Shown here: piece by piece, positions 36,922-47,661 of the stretch | Layout: each line of letters begins with the position of its first letter | Position numbering within the stretch: the first letter of the stretch is position 1 | Assembly: GCA_035403785.1 (NCBI GenBank) | Contig: DAONFW010000003.1 | Span: 14,009-78,008 of the forward strand | Direction of reading: 5' to 3' | DNA length: 64,000 bases | Source: Minisyncoccota bacterium | GTDB taxonomy: Bacteria; Patescibacteriota; Minisyncoccia; Phycocordibacterales; UBA9973 | Translations under genes and position numbers: made by a program | The notes under the pieces: model-generated | What the model saw: the letters and a program-made list of their open reading frames with translations, nothing else | What the model was told of the DNA's origin: nothing | The model's database searches: none

Positions 36922-37977
36922 TTATTTTAGCACTTTAATTCCCGGCAGCGTGCCATTTGCGAGAAAATCCAAAGTTGCACCACCGCCAGTAGAGACAAAA
37001 GAAAGTTTCTTTTCTATCTTCATTCTTGAGACAACAGAAACGATATCTCCCCCGCCGATTATACTTTCTGCTTTTGAACAAGCTACAAATTTTAGTAATT
37101 TTTTAGTTGCAAGATCTCCAGATTTTTCTTCATATTTTCCCAACGGTCCATTCCAGAGAATTAGTTTAGATTTTTTAATATAATTTTCTGCTAACTTTAT
37201 AGACTCTTTACCAACATCTATGATTATTTCATTCTTCTTCACATCTGAAATCTTTTTATTTATTATTTTATTTCCAGACAAGATAGCAACATCAACCGGC
37301 AAAATTATCTTTTTATTATTTAAAATATTTGCTGGAATTTTAGTATTATCAGTCAAGGATTTGCCTATCTCATATTTTTTGGCTTTCAAAAAATCATTCA
37401 ACAACGCGCCACCGATAAAAATATAGTCAGCTGTTTTCAAATATTTCTTGATAAGCGGCATTTTAGTAGAAAATTTTGCGCCACCTAAAATAAATAAAAA
37501 CGGATGTTTTGGATTCTTTATGACTTTAGATAAATTTTTTATTTCTTCTTCCAACTGCAAACCTGCGTAACTTGGCAAATATTTTGGTACACCGACAACA
37601 GAAGCATGCTTCCTGTGTGAAACAGAAAAAGCATCGTTTACATAAATATCAGCAATACCTGCAACTTTTTTTGCAAAGCTCAGATCATTTTTTTCTTCTT
37701 CTGGATATTGCCTAATATTTTCTAGTAAAATTATATCTTTCTTCACATATTTTTTTAATCTTTCAGCAACAGGAGCCAAACTTTCTGTGCCATCTTTTCC
37801 TAAATGAGAAATCAAAATAACTTCTGCACCCTTTTTCTGTAAAAATTCTATTGTCGGTATTGATTTTTTTATTCTAAAATCATCTATTATTTTGCCATTT
37901 TTTATAGGCACATTAAAATCAACACGAACTAAAACTTTTTTACCTTTTATGTTTTTTAAATTTTTAACAGATTTCAT
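36922..37977 (-). CDS. pgk: Phosphoglycerate kinase (short form)
   Basis: ...KVLVRVDFNVP... N-terminal PGK signature. Confidence 0.9.
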   Translation of the reverse strand: MKSVKNLKNIKGKKVLVRVDFNVPIKNGKIIDDFRIKKSIPTIEFLQKKGAEVILISHLGKDGTESLAPVAERLKKYVKKDIILLENIRQYPEEEKNDLSFAKKVAGIADIYVNDAFSVSHRKHASVVGVPKYLPSYAGLQLEEEIKNLSKVIKNPKHPFLFILGGAKFSTKMPLIKKYLKTADYIFIGGALLNDFLKAKKYEIGKSLTDNTKIPANILNNKKIILPVDVAILSGNKIINKKISDVKKNEIIIDVGKESIKLAENYIKKSKLILWNGPLGKYEEKSGDLATKKLLKFVACSKAESIIGGGDIVSVVSRMKIEKKLSFVSTGGGATLDFLANGTLPGIKVLK

Positions 37978-37994
37978 CTTTTTGTTTTTTATTT

Positions 37995-38774
37995 TTATTT
38001 TTCAGAAATATTTTCAGTCAAATTAATAATTTCACCAAATTTAATTGGATCCAAACTAGCTCTGCCAACCAAAAATCCATCGGCTTGGCCCACTTTGATA
38101 AAAGCTTCAATGTTTTTAGGATTCACAGAACCACCATAAATTATTTTAACTTTGCTTGCTTCTTGTGCACCGAATTTATCGCTCAAAACTTTTTTTATAA
38201 AAATACTAATTTCCAAAAATTCTTCAGCCGTAGCTTCTCGTACTGCATTTTTACCGATAGCCCACACTGGCTCATAGGCGACAATAATTTTCCCAATAGA
38301 AGTTTTCAATATATTTTTAAAACCAAGTTCTATCTGTTCTTTTACAAAATTTAGATATTCGTTATTTTCAGATCTTTCTTTTTCACCAATACAAACAATT
38401 GGCGTTAGTCCTACTGACAAACCAGCTTTTATTTTTTTGTTCACATCTTCATTTGTTTCTCCAAAAATAGTTCTTCTCTCTGAGTGCCCCAAAATCACAT
38501 ATTTTGCTCCGGTATCATAAAGCATTTCCGCTGAAATTTCTCCAGTATAGGCGCCTGATTCTTCATAAAAAATATTTTCTCCGCCTAATTTTATCTTTTT
38601 TGCTAAATTTTTTAACTTGGCCAGATAAACACATGGAGAACAAATCACAACTTCAGTCTTTTTTAAACCAAAAAAAGTTTTATTTATGTTTTTAAATAAT
38701 TTTTCAGCTTCTTTAAAAGAAACGGGATTCATTTTCCAGTTCGCTATAACGATTTTTTTAGACATTTTAGACAT
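37995..38774 (-). CDS. tpiA: Triosephosphate isomerase
   Basis: IANWKMN, GHSERR, IAYEPVWAIG motifs. Confidence 0.92.
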   Translation of the reverse strand: MSKMSKKIVIANWKMNPVSFKEAEKLFKNINKTFFGLKKTEVVICSPCVYLAKLKNLAKKIKLGGENIFYEESGAYTGEISAEMLYDTGAKYVILGHSERRTIFGETNEDVNKKIKAGLSVGLTPIVCIGEKERSENNEYLNFVKEQIELGFKNILKTSIGKIIVAYEPVWAIGKNAVREATAEEFLEISIFIKKVLSDKFGAQEASKVKIIYGGSVNPKNIEAFIKVGQADGFLVGRASLDPIKFGEIINLTENISEK

Positions 38775-38878
38775 AAAGATATTATATCATAATGAAAAAA
38801 TTCAAAATAAAATATACTGATAATTTATTACCAGTATATTTTATTATTTATATATTATTTTTTAAATAAACTAGCTAT

Positions 38879-40672
38879 TTACTCAACTTCTTTCCAATTT
38901 TGAACACTCCAGGAACCAGACGGACCACTAGTAAAATTCATATTTGCCAATCCAGATTCATATCTAACAATAGTCGCTCCGGAAAGTTTTATTTTGTACG
39001 CTGTCGCTTCTTTTGCGCTAGCACTTCCAGAAAAAGATATCGTGCCGTTTTGCGCATTTAAAACAACTGAACCAGCGGCCCCCGAAATATCAATTGCGTT
39101 ATGTGCGCAATAAGAACTATCACAGTTACTTGTTGTTACAAACAAAATGTAGCTACCAGTTTGGCCATTTCCATTGAGCTGACCACTGCCCTGCAAATCC
39201 AACCAGCCATCTGAAACAATAATTCCACTGGTATTTCCATAAGAAGAATGGAGAACAATCTTTGCAGAACCAGAAACTGTAATATTTCCTTGCACATAAA
39301 GCGTGCCAGTTACATAGAGAGTGTTACTTCCCGTCACGTTCAAATCTCCTGTGATCTTTTTAGGACCCAAAGTCGTCGTTCCATAACTTTGCGTAGAATA
39401 AGTTCCAGAATAAGTTCCTCCGGCTTCTGCGTCAGACTTCCATTGCGCTATATTTGCTTCAGAAACAGGCATCGCTTGATAAACTGGATCAGCCTGTGAC
39501 AAACACGCTTTATTATTCCCCGTTCCAGATTGACAATAAATATCTCCAGTTGCTGACGTATAATTAACCGTATGCGCCTGGGCGCTACCACTTCCATCTG
39601 TGCCAACTTTAAACTGATTCCACTGACTTCCAGAACTGCCCGCGATTAAACCAGTAAATCCGCCTAGATAAACTTTGAAAAAATAATCTAAACCAGCTGG
39701 CGAAGTACTACTCCATGTTCCACCCTGCTGTCCAATTTTTCCAGAACCATTACTGTAGCCACCGCTAGATGCACCAACAGTATAATACTTTGAGCTTGAG
39801 CTACTTGCATCAACAACTAGCCAATAAGTAGTTCCGATATTAAGCATAGGATTTGTGCTAAAAGCAACATCAACCCAACCATAAGAAGTCGTGACAGAAG
39901 AAGCATTCAAAGTGCCACTTGCATAAACAGTCGTGCCAGGATTTCCGTTAGAATTATTTACTATTTTCACTGTCGCATTACTTGGAGAACCAACTTTTTT
40001 TATATAAACTTGAATTTTATTTAACGGCGTTGCTTCTGATGTTTGAAAACTTTGTGCAATGTCTTGCGTGGCATTTGCGTTCGCAAAAACAACATTATAG
40101 TTTGGAATTCCAGTTCCGTTTGACTGATCTGCGTCGATAGCTGGACTATTTCCAGAAATTGCAGTTCCAGTTATATAGCAAGAACTTCCACCAGTGATAG
40201 GTCCGTTGGCATAAACGTTACCAACTATTCCAGAACTTCCTTGTAGATCCATTCCTCCTTGGCCAACTTGCACACCATAATTAAAAGAAACTCCTGTGCT
40301 AGTTGTAAGTAACAAATTTAATTTTCTTTCGAAACTAGAAACGTCACCAAGTGATTCAACTCTTCTTTGATTGCTGTTTACAGTCGTAATCGTAGTAGAA
40401 ACTGAATTAGAGTCCAAACCAAGTGTCTCGTTATCGGAAATTGGAAGACCAGCCAAAATTCTATAAACCGCATCTTCCATTCCGGATTCTGCTAAGTAAT
40501 AAGAATTTTTTGATTTTAAATCTGCATTCGCGATTCTGTATCCCCTAACGGACGGCGCAACCAAGCCAGCAATAATTGCGAGAGAAATAAAAAGAAAGAA
40601 AATCACAGAAACAAGCATCGCTGCTCCTTTGTTTCTTGGTATTTTTTTATATTCTTCAAAAAATTTTCTCAT
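38879..40672 (-). CDS. PilX-N-like type IV pilus-associated protein (large Gly/Ser/Thr-rich extracellular region)
   Basis: N-terminus KGAAMLVSVIFFLFISLAIIAGL resembles the PilX_N hydrophobic segment; lies last in the pilin gene row. Confidence 0.5.
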   Translation of the reverse strand: MRKFFEEYKKIPRNKGAAMLVSVIFFLFISLAIIAGLVAPSVRGYRIANADLKSKNSYYLAESGMEDAVYRILAGLPISDNETLGLDSNSVSTTITTVNSNQRRVESLGDVSSFERKLNLLLTTSTGVSFNYGVQVGQGGMDLQGSSGIVGNVYANGPITGGSSCYITGTAISGNSPAIDADQSNGTGIPNYNVVFANANATQDIAQSFQTSEATPLNKIQVYIKKVGSPSNATVKIVNNSNGNPGTTVYASGTLNASSVTTSYGWVDVAFSTNPMLNIGTTYWLVVDASSSSSKYYTVGASSGGYSNGSGKIGQQGGTWSSTSPAGLDYFFKVYLGGFTGLIAGSSGSQWNQFKVGTDGSGSAQAHTVNYTSATGDIYCQSGTGNNKACLSQADPVYQAMPVSEANIAQWKSDAEAGGTYSGTYSTQSYGTTTLGPKKITGDLNVTGSNTLYVTGTLYVQGNITVSGSAKIVLHSSYGNTSGIIVSDGWLDLQGSGQLNGNGQTGSYILFVTTSNCDSSYCAHNAIDISGAAGSVVLNAQNGTISFSGSASAKEATAYKIKLSGATIVRYESGLANMNFTSGPSGSWSVQNWKEVE

Positions 40673-40705
40673 GATTTATAAAATAAAATTTAATTAAATA
40701 AAAAT

Positions 40706-41215
40706 TTAGTAATCTCCACGCAAAACAACAGTATTATAAAAATCTTTGGTTCTATTAAAAGCATCGTCATTAGACTGCACATTTAAAACAACTTTCACTG
40801 CGCTTCCTTTTACTGTCGTTATTTGATTAAAAACTAAACTATTAATTTGCAAATTGCTTGAATTAAGATTTCCAGACAAAATGTCATTTTCATAAAACTG
40901 CACATTATTGTTAGACAAAACAAAACGCACTGTTTTATCTACTCCAGCACTGTCTGATGTATTTAATTTCAAATCACCAACACCCAAAGTATTAATGCTT
41001 TTTGCTTGTCTTATTTCTCTGGAAATCTTTTCTAAAACCTGTGAACCTTGCACCAACTGCGACTGAATTCTTGTTTCTTTAAAAGATTTAACCATCGTAA
41101 CCATCGCATTTATCACAAGCACTGAAAAAATAGCAAAAATAGCAATGTAAAAAAGCGTTTCTAAAATCGCAAAACCACTTTTCTTATTTTTTTTATTTTT
41201 TAATTTTAAGACCAT
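40706..41215 (-). CDS. Prepilin-type N-terminal cleavage/methylation domain protein (minor pilin-like)
   Basis: ...KKSG/FAILETLFYIAIFAIFSVLV class III signal with E at +5. Confidence 0.6.
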   Translation of the reverse strand: MVLKLKNKKNKKSGFAILETLFYIAIFAIFSVLVINAMVTMVKSFKETRIQSQLVQGSQVLEKISREIRQAKSINTLGVGDLKLNTSDSAGVDKTVRFVLSNNNVQFYENDILSGNLNSSNLQINSLVFNQITTVKGSAVKVVLNVQSNDDAFNRTKDFYNTVVLRGDY

Positions 41216-41697
41216 GAGAAAATATCTGTTATGTATAATGATAAAGTTTTAGAAACTGTATTTGTTCCTTCGTTCCATGACACAGTAATAGTTACAAGTT
41301 TTGTCCCAGCGTCTAGATTACCAGATTCAGAAATATTTCCAGAAACAGCATCTCTGTAAACATCTGCGATATTGATTTTTCTCGTAAATTCATCAATCTG
41401 CGCTGAACTTGTTGTCAAAACCCAAGTTGCACCTGTAAATTCTAAATAATAATCTGTCCCAGTATTCAAACTAGAAATATTTGCCCAGGAGTCATCTCTC
41501 AAGATTCTAATAGCTTCTGCTCCTTCTTCTAGTAAAAAGCTAGCCTGCGCCGTATTAACTGAACGGTAAGAAAGAACAATAGATTTCTGCGCAACCGCCA
41601 TCGCGGCCAAAGTAGAAGCTGTAATAATAGAAATAGCTACTAAAACTTCAATTAGCATGAAACCTAATTTTTTATTTTTTCTTGAATTTTTTTTCAT
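41206..41697 (-). CDS. Prepilin-type pilin-like protein
   Basis: From ATG 41697: MKKNSRKNKKLG/FMLIEVLVAISII. The ORF-track start at 41718 is a TTG. Confidence 0.65.
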   Translation of the reverse strand: MKKNSRKNKKLGFMLIEVLVAISIITASTLAAMAVAQKSIVLSYRSVNTAQASFLLEEGAEAIRILRDDSWANISSLNTGTDYYLEFTGATWVLTTSSAQIDEFTRKINIADVYRDAVSGNISESGNLDAGTKLVTITVSWNEGTNTVSKTLSLYITDIFSWS

Positions 41698-41719
41698 TCT
41701 AAAAAATTTAATTCTCAAT

Positions 41720-42202
41720 TTAATTCAAACTCACTATTCCTGTACTAGAAACAGTAATTGTTTTTGTTTTTTCTCCTACTGAAATTGTAGCAGTTCCTGA
41801 AGCACTTGGCGAACCAGTTAATCTAGAAAAATAAATATTAGTTGCGCTACCTGTAAAATTAATATTCGAAATTGTTGCAGGAGAAATCATATTTACATCT
41901 TCGTTATTTGAACTACTACTAGAATAACTGGTGCCTTTAAATAAAACTATCTTATCTGACTGAAAATGCACTCCGTATTCAGAAGAATCCAGTGAAGCTA
42001 ATGTCTGCGAACGCGCTTTGTTTAAAGTAGAAACAACATCTTGGGCAGCGCTATTTAAAACTTGAGCATTTTTCACTCCAGAAAATTGCGGTAAAACGAC
42101 AGCTAAAAGAATCCCGATAACTGCCACTACTACAAGCATTTCAATCACTGATATGCCTTTTGATTTTATCTTTTTATTTATGTTTATAAAAAAATTTTTC
42201 AT
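41720..42202 (-). CDS. Type IV pilin (candidate major pilin)
   Basis: ...SKG/ISVIEMLVVVAVIGILLAVVLP; the first pilin gene after pilC. Confidence 0.7.
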   Translation of the reverse strand: MKNFFININKKIKSKGISVIEMLVVVAVIGILLAVVLPQFSGVKNAQVLNSAAQDVVSTLNKARSQTLASLDSSEYGVHFQSDKIVLFKGTSYSSSSSNNEDVNMISPATISNINFTGSATNIYFSRLTGSPSASGTATISVGEKTKTITVSSTGIVSLN

Positions 42203-42266
42203 TTATTTTTAAATTTTAAGTTAATTAATTTAATCTTTTTATTTTGAAAATTTAATTAAAAAAATA

Positions 42267-43484
42267 TTAAGATATGCTATTCATCACAGTGTACATTGGA
42301 GAAACCATTGAAATAGCAAAGAAACCTACAGCTCCACCGATAATCAACATCAAAAATGGCTCAATGATAGTAGAAAGATTTTTTGTTTTGTTTTCAATTT
42401 CTCCTTCATAAAAAATCGCAATCTCGTGCAACATGTCTGCTAGTTTACCAGTTTCTTCTCCGACTTGGATCATTTCTGCCATCATTATCGGATAAAGTTG
42501 TGGATTTTTTTCAAAAGAATCTGAAAATGGCAAACCTTTTTCTATGCCATCTTTTGCTTCTTCCAAAATTTTTCTGTAATAAATATTCTGCACAACTTCT
42601 TCCGTTATTTCTATAGATCTAGTAATCGTAACCCCAGATAAAAGCAAAGAAGACATGGTTCTTGCCGTACGAGCTGTGTTTAACTCTTTTACCATAGTTC
42701 CTACCATTGGAATTTTTACAACAATATAGTCTATATATTTCTGCATAAAAGATGCTTTTATCAAAAAGTACAAACCACCGAATATTCCAAAAATGCACAA
42801 CAAAGACAAAATTAAATGTTCTGAAAAGAAATTTCCCAAGAAAATTATAAATTTTGTTGACGCAGGCAATTCTGAACCGAGTTCAGTGAAAGTCTTTGAT
42901 AGAGTTGGCACAACATATGCAAACATCAAAACTCCAATTAAAATCATCGCAGAAAGAATAATCGTCGGATAAGTCAAAGCGCCTTTTATTTTTTTTGTTA
43001 ACGCATGAGATTTTTCTAAGTTTGATCCAACTTCGTTCAAAGAGCCAACTAAATTTCCTGATTCTTCCCCAGCTCTCATCATAGAAACAAAAAGTTTAGA
43101 AAAAACTTTAGGATATTTTTCCATTCCAGAAGAAAGCGTACCTCCAGAATTTATTTCATTTATTAAATTTCCTAAAATTTCATTAAAAACTTTCTTCTTT
43201 GTTTGTTTTTGTAAAACAGAAAGCGCACGAGACAAAGAAAGCCCGGCCTTTAGCATTCCACTTAAATTTTTTGTAAAAAGAATCAAATCAGCAATTTTAA
43301 CTCTAGAAAAGAATTTATCTACAAAATCCAAAGAGGCTAAAGGGTTAGATTTTTTTTCACTAATAGAAATAGGAGTTAAATTTTTTGAACGTAATTCTCT
43401 AGAAGCAACAAAACGATCCGCTGCTTCTATCGTATCTTCAATAATTTCCCCACTTTTTAATTTTGCTTTGTAAGAAAAAATCAT
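42267..43484 (-). CDS. pilC: Type IV pilus assembly platform protein PilC (GspF family)
   Basis: Two T2SSF repeats; polytopic; adjacent to pilB. Confidence 0.85.
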   Translation of the reverse strand: MIFSYKAKLKSGEIIEDTIEAADRFVASRELRSKNLTPISISEKKSNPLASLDFVDKFFSRVKIADLILFTKNLSGMLKAGLSLSRALSVLQKQTKKKVFNEILGNLINEINSGGTLSSGMEKYPKVFSKLFVSMMRAGEESGNLVGSLNEVGSNLEKSHALTKKIKGALTYPTIILSAMILIGVLMFAYVVPTLSKTFTELGSELPASTKFIIFLGNFFSEHLILSLLCIFGIFGGLYFLIKASFMQKYIDYIVVKIPMVGTMVKELNTARTARTMSSLLLSGVTITRSIEITEEVVQNIYYRKILEEAKDGIEKGLPFSDSFEKNPQLYPIMMAEMIQVGEETGKLADMLHEIAIFYEGEIENKTKNLSTIIEPFLMLIIGGAVGFFAISMVSPMYTVMNSIS

Positions 43485-43543
43485 AAAAATTCTGAACTAA
43501 CTAAACAAAAACTTAATTACTTATTTGCTTGTTTATTTGTTAT

Positions 43544-45292
43544 TTATTCTGAAACAACACGCAAAACTTCTTCCAAAGAAGTCATGCCCAAAACCGCCTG
43601 ATAAATTCCGTCTTCAATCATTGTCATCATACCTTCTTTTTTTGCCTGGGCTTCTATCTCGTCTTGTGAACCACCTTTGATAATCAAATCGCGAATAGTT
43701 GATGTCATTTTCAAAACTTCATGAATTCCAACACGGCCAGCATATCCATCTTCTGATTCTTCGCTTTTTTTTGCTTTGTAAAACGGAATTTTATCCCAAG
43801 TAGCATCTTTCGGAACAATATTTTCTTCTTTCAATAAGTTCAACATTCTGTCTAAATCTACTATTTTAGCAATATCTTTTATTTCATCTGCTGATAGAAA
43901 ATATTTTTCTTTATTAGCAACAAGTCTTCGCACAAGTCTTTGTCCGATTATTGTTTTCAAAGTTGAAACAATCAAAAACGGTTCTGCTCCCATATCAATC
44001 AATCTTGGAATTGCACCCGCAGCAGAATTGGTGTGCACGGTAGAAAGAACCAAGTGCCCAGTCAAAGCCGCATTGATAGCCAAATCTGCCGTTTCATTGT
44101 CACGAATCTCTCCGACCATCAGAATGTCTGGATCCTGACGAAGCAAAGAACGCAAGCCGTTCGCAAAAGTTAATCCGATTTCTGGTTTTACCTGTGTCTG
44201 ATTTATTCTTGGCATTTGATACTCGATTGGATCTTCGACTGTAGAAATATTCACGTCTGGTTTATTCAAAAGATCAAGCATTGTATAAAGAGTTGTGGTT
44301 TTTCCAGAACCAGTTGGCCCTGTTGCCAAAATCATTCCCACTTTTTGTTTTAATGCTTCGTGTACTCTTTCTAAACCTTCTCCGTGAAAGCCCAAAGACT
44401 CAACAGTATAACCATGAGAAGTTTCTTTTAGAATTCTGATAACAGTTTTTTCGCCGTAAAAAATTGGCAAAGTAGAAACACGAAAAGAAATTTTTTCGCC
44501 GTTTTGTTCTATCTTAAAACGTCCATCCTGCGGCAATCTTTTTTCGTCTAGTTTTAAATTAGACAAAACTTTGATACGCGCAATAATTCCCGGCGCTAAA
44601 TTTTTACTCAAAGTCATTGCGTCATGCAAAATTCCATCAATACGATATCTTACAACTAGGTCAGTCTCTCCTGGTTCAATATGAATATCAGAAGCATTTT
44701 GCAAAATAGCGTGAGAAATAAGAGAATCAACTATTTTTACAACAGGCAAATCTTCCGCCATTTCTTTCAATTCTTTTTCTGTTTTTTCCCCTTCTTGCTC
44801 AGGTAACGCTTTGATCGTAGCTGCTTCTTTTTGAATAATTTCATCAAATTCAGCTTGTAAAGTTTTGCCATATTGCATCAAAGCTGATTTGATAGACGGC
44901 GTATCTGTAATTCTTGGTAAGATTTTTAAACCTGAATGTTTTTTTACGAAATCAATCACTGGCAAATCATCTACATCCAACATTGCAACTTCCAAACTGC
45001 TTTCACTTTTTTTGTAAGCAATAATATTATGATTTCTAGCAATCGGCTCAGGGATCAAAGACAAGATAGCAAAATCAATTTTTTCTTTCACCAAAGAAAC
45101 AAACGGAATGCCTAAAACAAAAGCTTCCATCTTTTTTAAATCTGATTCAGAAATTTTTCCGTCAGACAAAAGAACATTGCCCAATTTTTGTTTTTTTTCT
45201 TCAGCTTTTTTTATTTCTAAATCCAATTCGTCTCGAGTAATAAGCCCAGAATCTAAAATAAATTTTTTCAACTGTTCTTGATTTATTTGCAT
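43544..45292 (-). CDS. pilB: Type IV pilus assembly ATPase PilB (GspE family)
   Basis: N-terminal GSPII_E_N-like region; Walker A GPTGSGKTTTLY; tetracysteine-less CPR-type length of 582 aa. Confidence 0.9.
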   Translation of the reverse strand: MQINQEQLKKFILDSGLITRDELDLEIKKAEEKKQKLGNVLLSDGKISESDLKKMEAFVLGIPFVSLVKEKIDFAILSLIPEPIARNHNIIAYKKSESSLEVAMLDVDDLPVIDFVKKHSGLKILPRITDTPSIKSALMQYGKTLQAEFDEIIQKEAATIKALPEQEGEKTEKELKEMAEDLPVVKIVDSLISHAILQNASDIHIEPGETDLVVRYRIDGILHDAMTLSKNLAPGIIARIKVLSNLKLDEKRLPQDGRFKIEQNGEKISFRVSTLPIFYGEKTVIRILKETSHGYTVESLGFHGEGLERVHEALKQKVGMILATGPTGSGKTTTLYTMLDLLNKPDVNISTVEDPIEYQMPRINQTQVKPEIGLTFANGLRSLLRQDPDILMVGEIRDNETADLAINAALTGHLVLSTVHTNSAAGAIPRLIDMGAEPFLIVSTLKTIIGQRLVRRLVANKEKYFLSADEIKDIAKIVDLDRMLNLLKEENIVPKDATWDKIPFYKAKKSEESEDGYAGRVGIHEVLKMTSTIRDLIIKGGSQDEIEAQAKKEGMMTMIEDGIYQAVLGMTSLEEVLRVVSE

Positions 45293-45307
45293 TGCTCTTA
45301 TTATAAC

Positions 45308-45340
45308 AAAAAAATCTCCCGTATGGGAGATTTTTTTAAA
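45308..45340. terminator. Bidirectional terminator upstream of pilB and downstream of the 45359..46516 gene
   Basis: AAAAAAATCTCCC-GTAT-GGGAGATTTTTTT. Confidence 0.65.
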
Positions 45341-45358
45341 ATTATTTTTTAATTAAAC

Positions 45359-46516
45359 TTAATTCGTACACATATAAACTTCTTCCCTTTGGAGACCAGA
45401 AGGAGCAATAAGCAAACCTCCATTCGGATTATGATTTGTAAAATCATCTGGAGTTACTAGACCATTAGGTGTAAATAATTTATATTCCGAACCTCCATTA
45501 TATCCTCCAGGCTGATGACTAAGTGTACTAAAATTATAGTATGAAGCTATTAAAGAGTGCGTTCCTACCGAACAACCACAAAAATTGGAAATAGGATTTA
45601 CTCGTAAACAATTTGAACTACCATTATTTTGAGGAATACTGGAACCTCCTTTGACAGTAAAAATACCCCAAAATCTATTACTAGTAGTTTGAGCTACACA
45701 GTTTGTACCATCTTGTAGACAAACATTTTTACCACCAGAAGTTATCGCCCCAGCTACATCCAATCCTCCTTCTACTTTAGTATAACCATTCAAGTCCGAT
45801 CTACCATTAACTGTAAATTTATACGTCTCAAATGGTATTGATGGTATCTGGCCAATTGGTGTGATTGGTTCACCAACACCACCCGTGCCCCCTGTAGTTA
45901 CTACATTATTTGCACCACAAACCATGTCATCTGCGTGAGAACCAGAGTCACTGCCATAACAGCCCCAAGCCCAATAACCAGCAGTTCCAACTGAAATACT
46001 TGGATCAAAATTTCCAACTATTCCAGAAGAACACAATGCATTAGCTGATTGGGTTGTTCTAGGATTTGTTGAAAAAGATTGCCCAGCAGCAGAACCACAT
46101 TGACCATATGAAATTATGGGTACTGGAACCGTTCCACCTAATCCAGTTCCTATATCTTTTGCGGCTATAGCTGTTTCTGTTTTCAAACCAAAAAACTTAG
46201 CTAATTTCGAAAAAATTCCTTCTTTTTGATTTGAACTTGTATTAACACCCAAAGTTCCATCGCCAGTTTGAGCTGAACCATCTGAATATCCAACAACAAC
46301 GATATCGTCAAACAAACCTGGTCCAGCAGATCTGAATCCTCCGTTCGTTAATCTTAAACTGCCAACTTTTGTTTGATATGAAGAACCACTATTCAACGGC
46401 CCTGCAACGTTATTTGCTGGTGCTGTTTGTGCATCTACTACAACGACTCCAACAAACAAACTTAAAACTAAACATAAACCTAAAATTTTTATCGACTTCA
46501 TTATATTTTTTTTCAT
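45359..46516 (-). CDS. Secreted Gly/Ser/Thr-rich hypothetical protein
   Basis: Signal peptide MKKNIMKSIKILGLCLVLSLFVGVVVVDA; no catalytic motifs. Confidence 0.5.
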   Translation of the reverse strand: MKKNIMKSIKILGLCLVLSLFVGVVVVDAQTAPANNVAGPLNSGSSYQTKVGSLRLTNGGFRSAGPGLFDDIVVVGYSDGSAQTGDGTLGVNTSSNQKEGIFSKLAKFFGLKTETAIAAKDIGTGLGGTVPVPIISYGQCGSAAGQSFSTNPRTTQSANALCSSGIVGNFDPSISVGTAGYWAWGCYGSDSGSHADDMVCGANNVVTTGGTGGVGEPITPIGQIPSIPFETYKFTVNGRSDLNGYTKVEGGLDVAGAITSGGKNVCLQDGTNCVAQTTSNRFWGIFTVKGGSSIPQNNGSSNCLRVNPISNFCGCSVGTHSLIASYYNFSTLSHQPGGYNGGSEYKLFTPNGLVTPDDFTNHNPNGGLLIAPSGLQREEVYMCTN

Positions 46517-46576
46517 AATTTTAATAATTAACTTATAAATTTTTAAATAATTAAATTTGAACGACCAATTTTAACT

Positions 46577-47656
46577 TTAATTTTCTTGATAATGTGGTGC
46601 TTTCTTACAACTAGATGGATTATTCAAGCAGAAAGTTACACAATCTGGATTTGTTGATGTTGGATGAGCTGAACAGTAACAAGGCCAACTAACTGGGGTA
46701 CTAATTTGAGTTGTTAGATCTGTTGTATAGTCATTTAATTGAGAATCCGTACAAGTATTTGGTGGTGGTGGCGGAGTACCACAATTTCCAGTCGGTAATA
46801 ATACTTGTCCAGCAGGGCACTCCTCACAAGCGGGACAGTTTACAATACCGCAATTTGTACCAGCTATTTGAGGAACTAAGTTGCCTCCATTACAATTAGG
46901 ATAAACTTCTACATTAACCTTTGCAGAACATGAAGTACTTGTTGTCATATCTGTTCCCAAACATGTTAATTTATATATTGTAGTTGATGAAGGTGAGACA
47001 TTTGAGTTTCCTGAAATTGGTTTATTTCCAGACCATCCATCAGAAGCAACACAAGAAGCAACATTAGATCCAGACCAATAGAGGTTAACTGAATCTCCGT
47101 GAAGAATAGAAGAAACAGCTGGAGTTATAGAACAACTAGGCGTACCAGTTGGGGGAACTAGAACATAAGAAAAGTCTATCCACCCTAAGACATTTCCTCC
47201 CCAGGCATAACCAGAACCCTGGCCACTTGTTGGATCAAAATTTACACTATAAGTCATATTTCCGGTACTTCCCCCGTTTGTTCCACTTAAGCTTATATGA
47301 CCATTTGCCCATTCAGTAGCCTCTCCATCGTTTTGGAAAGAAGGCACAGAAGCTGCATTGCCAGTAAAATTAATCCATCCGTATATTGGAGACCAGCCAT
47401 AGCCTGTCAATCCAGTACTTGTATTATATTGCACAGCATATGAGATATTTCCGGTACTTCCTCCATTATTCCCAGTAAAAAAGATAGCCGGACTAGCAGT
47501 TTCACCTTGTTCTAGGTTCAAAAAATTTGCATAACCAGTCACACTAGTCGGAACAATTGTTTGCGCTTTTGTTTTCGAAGCTGAATTTAAGAAATAACCT
47601 AAGAAAACCAAGGCTAGAATCAGTATGAAAAATAAAATTAGTTTAACTTTTTTCAT
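46577..47656 (-). CDS. Secreted protein with Trp-rich repeats (GYAWGGNVLGWIDFS-type) and a Cys/Pro-rich C-terminal region
   Basis: Signal peptide; GYGWSPIYGWINFTG and GYAWGGNVLGWIDFSYV repeats homologous to those in 24500..25321; C-terminal CxxC-rich segment with PPPPP. Confidence 0.55.
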   Translation of the reverse strand: MKKVKLILFFILILALVFLGYFLNSASKTKAQTIVPTSVTGYANFLNLEQGETASPAIFFTGNNGGSTGNISYAVQYNTSTGLTGYGWSPIYGWINFTGNAASVPSFQNDGEATEWANGHISLSGTNGGSTGNMTYSVNFDPTSGQGSGYAWGGNVLGWIDFSYVLVPPTGTPSCSITPAVSSILHGDSVNLYWSGSNVASCVASDGWSGNKPISGNSNVSPSSTTIYKLTCLGTDMTTSTSCSAKVNVEVYPNCNGGNLVPQIAGTNCGIVNCPACEECPAGQVLLPTGNCGTPPPPPNTCTDSQLNDYTTDLTTQISTPVSWPCYCSAHPTSTNPDCVTFCLNNPSSCKKAPHYQEN

Positions 47657-47661
47657 AAAAA

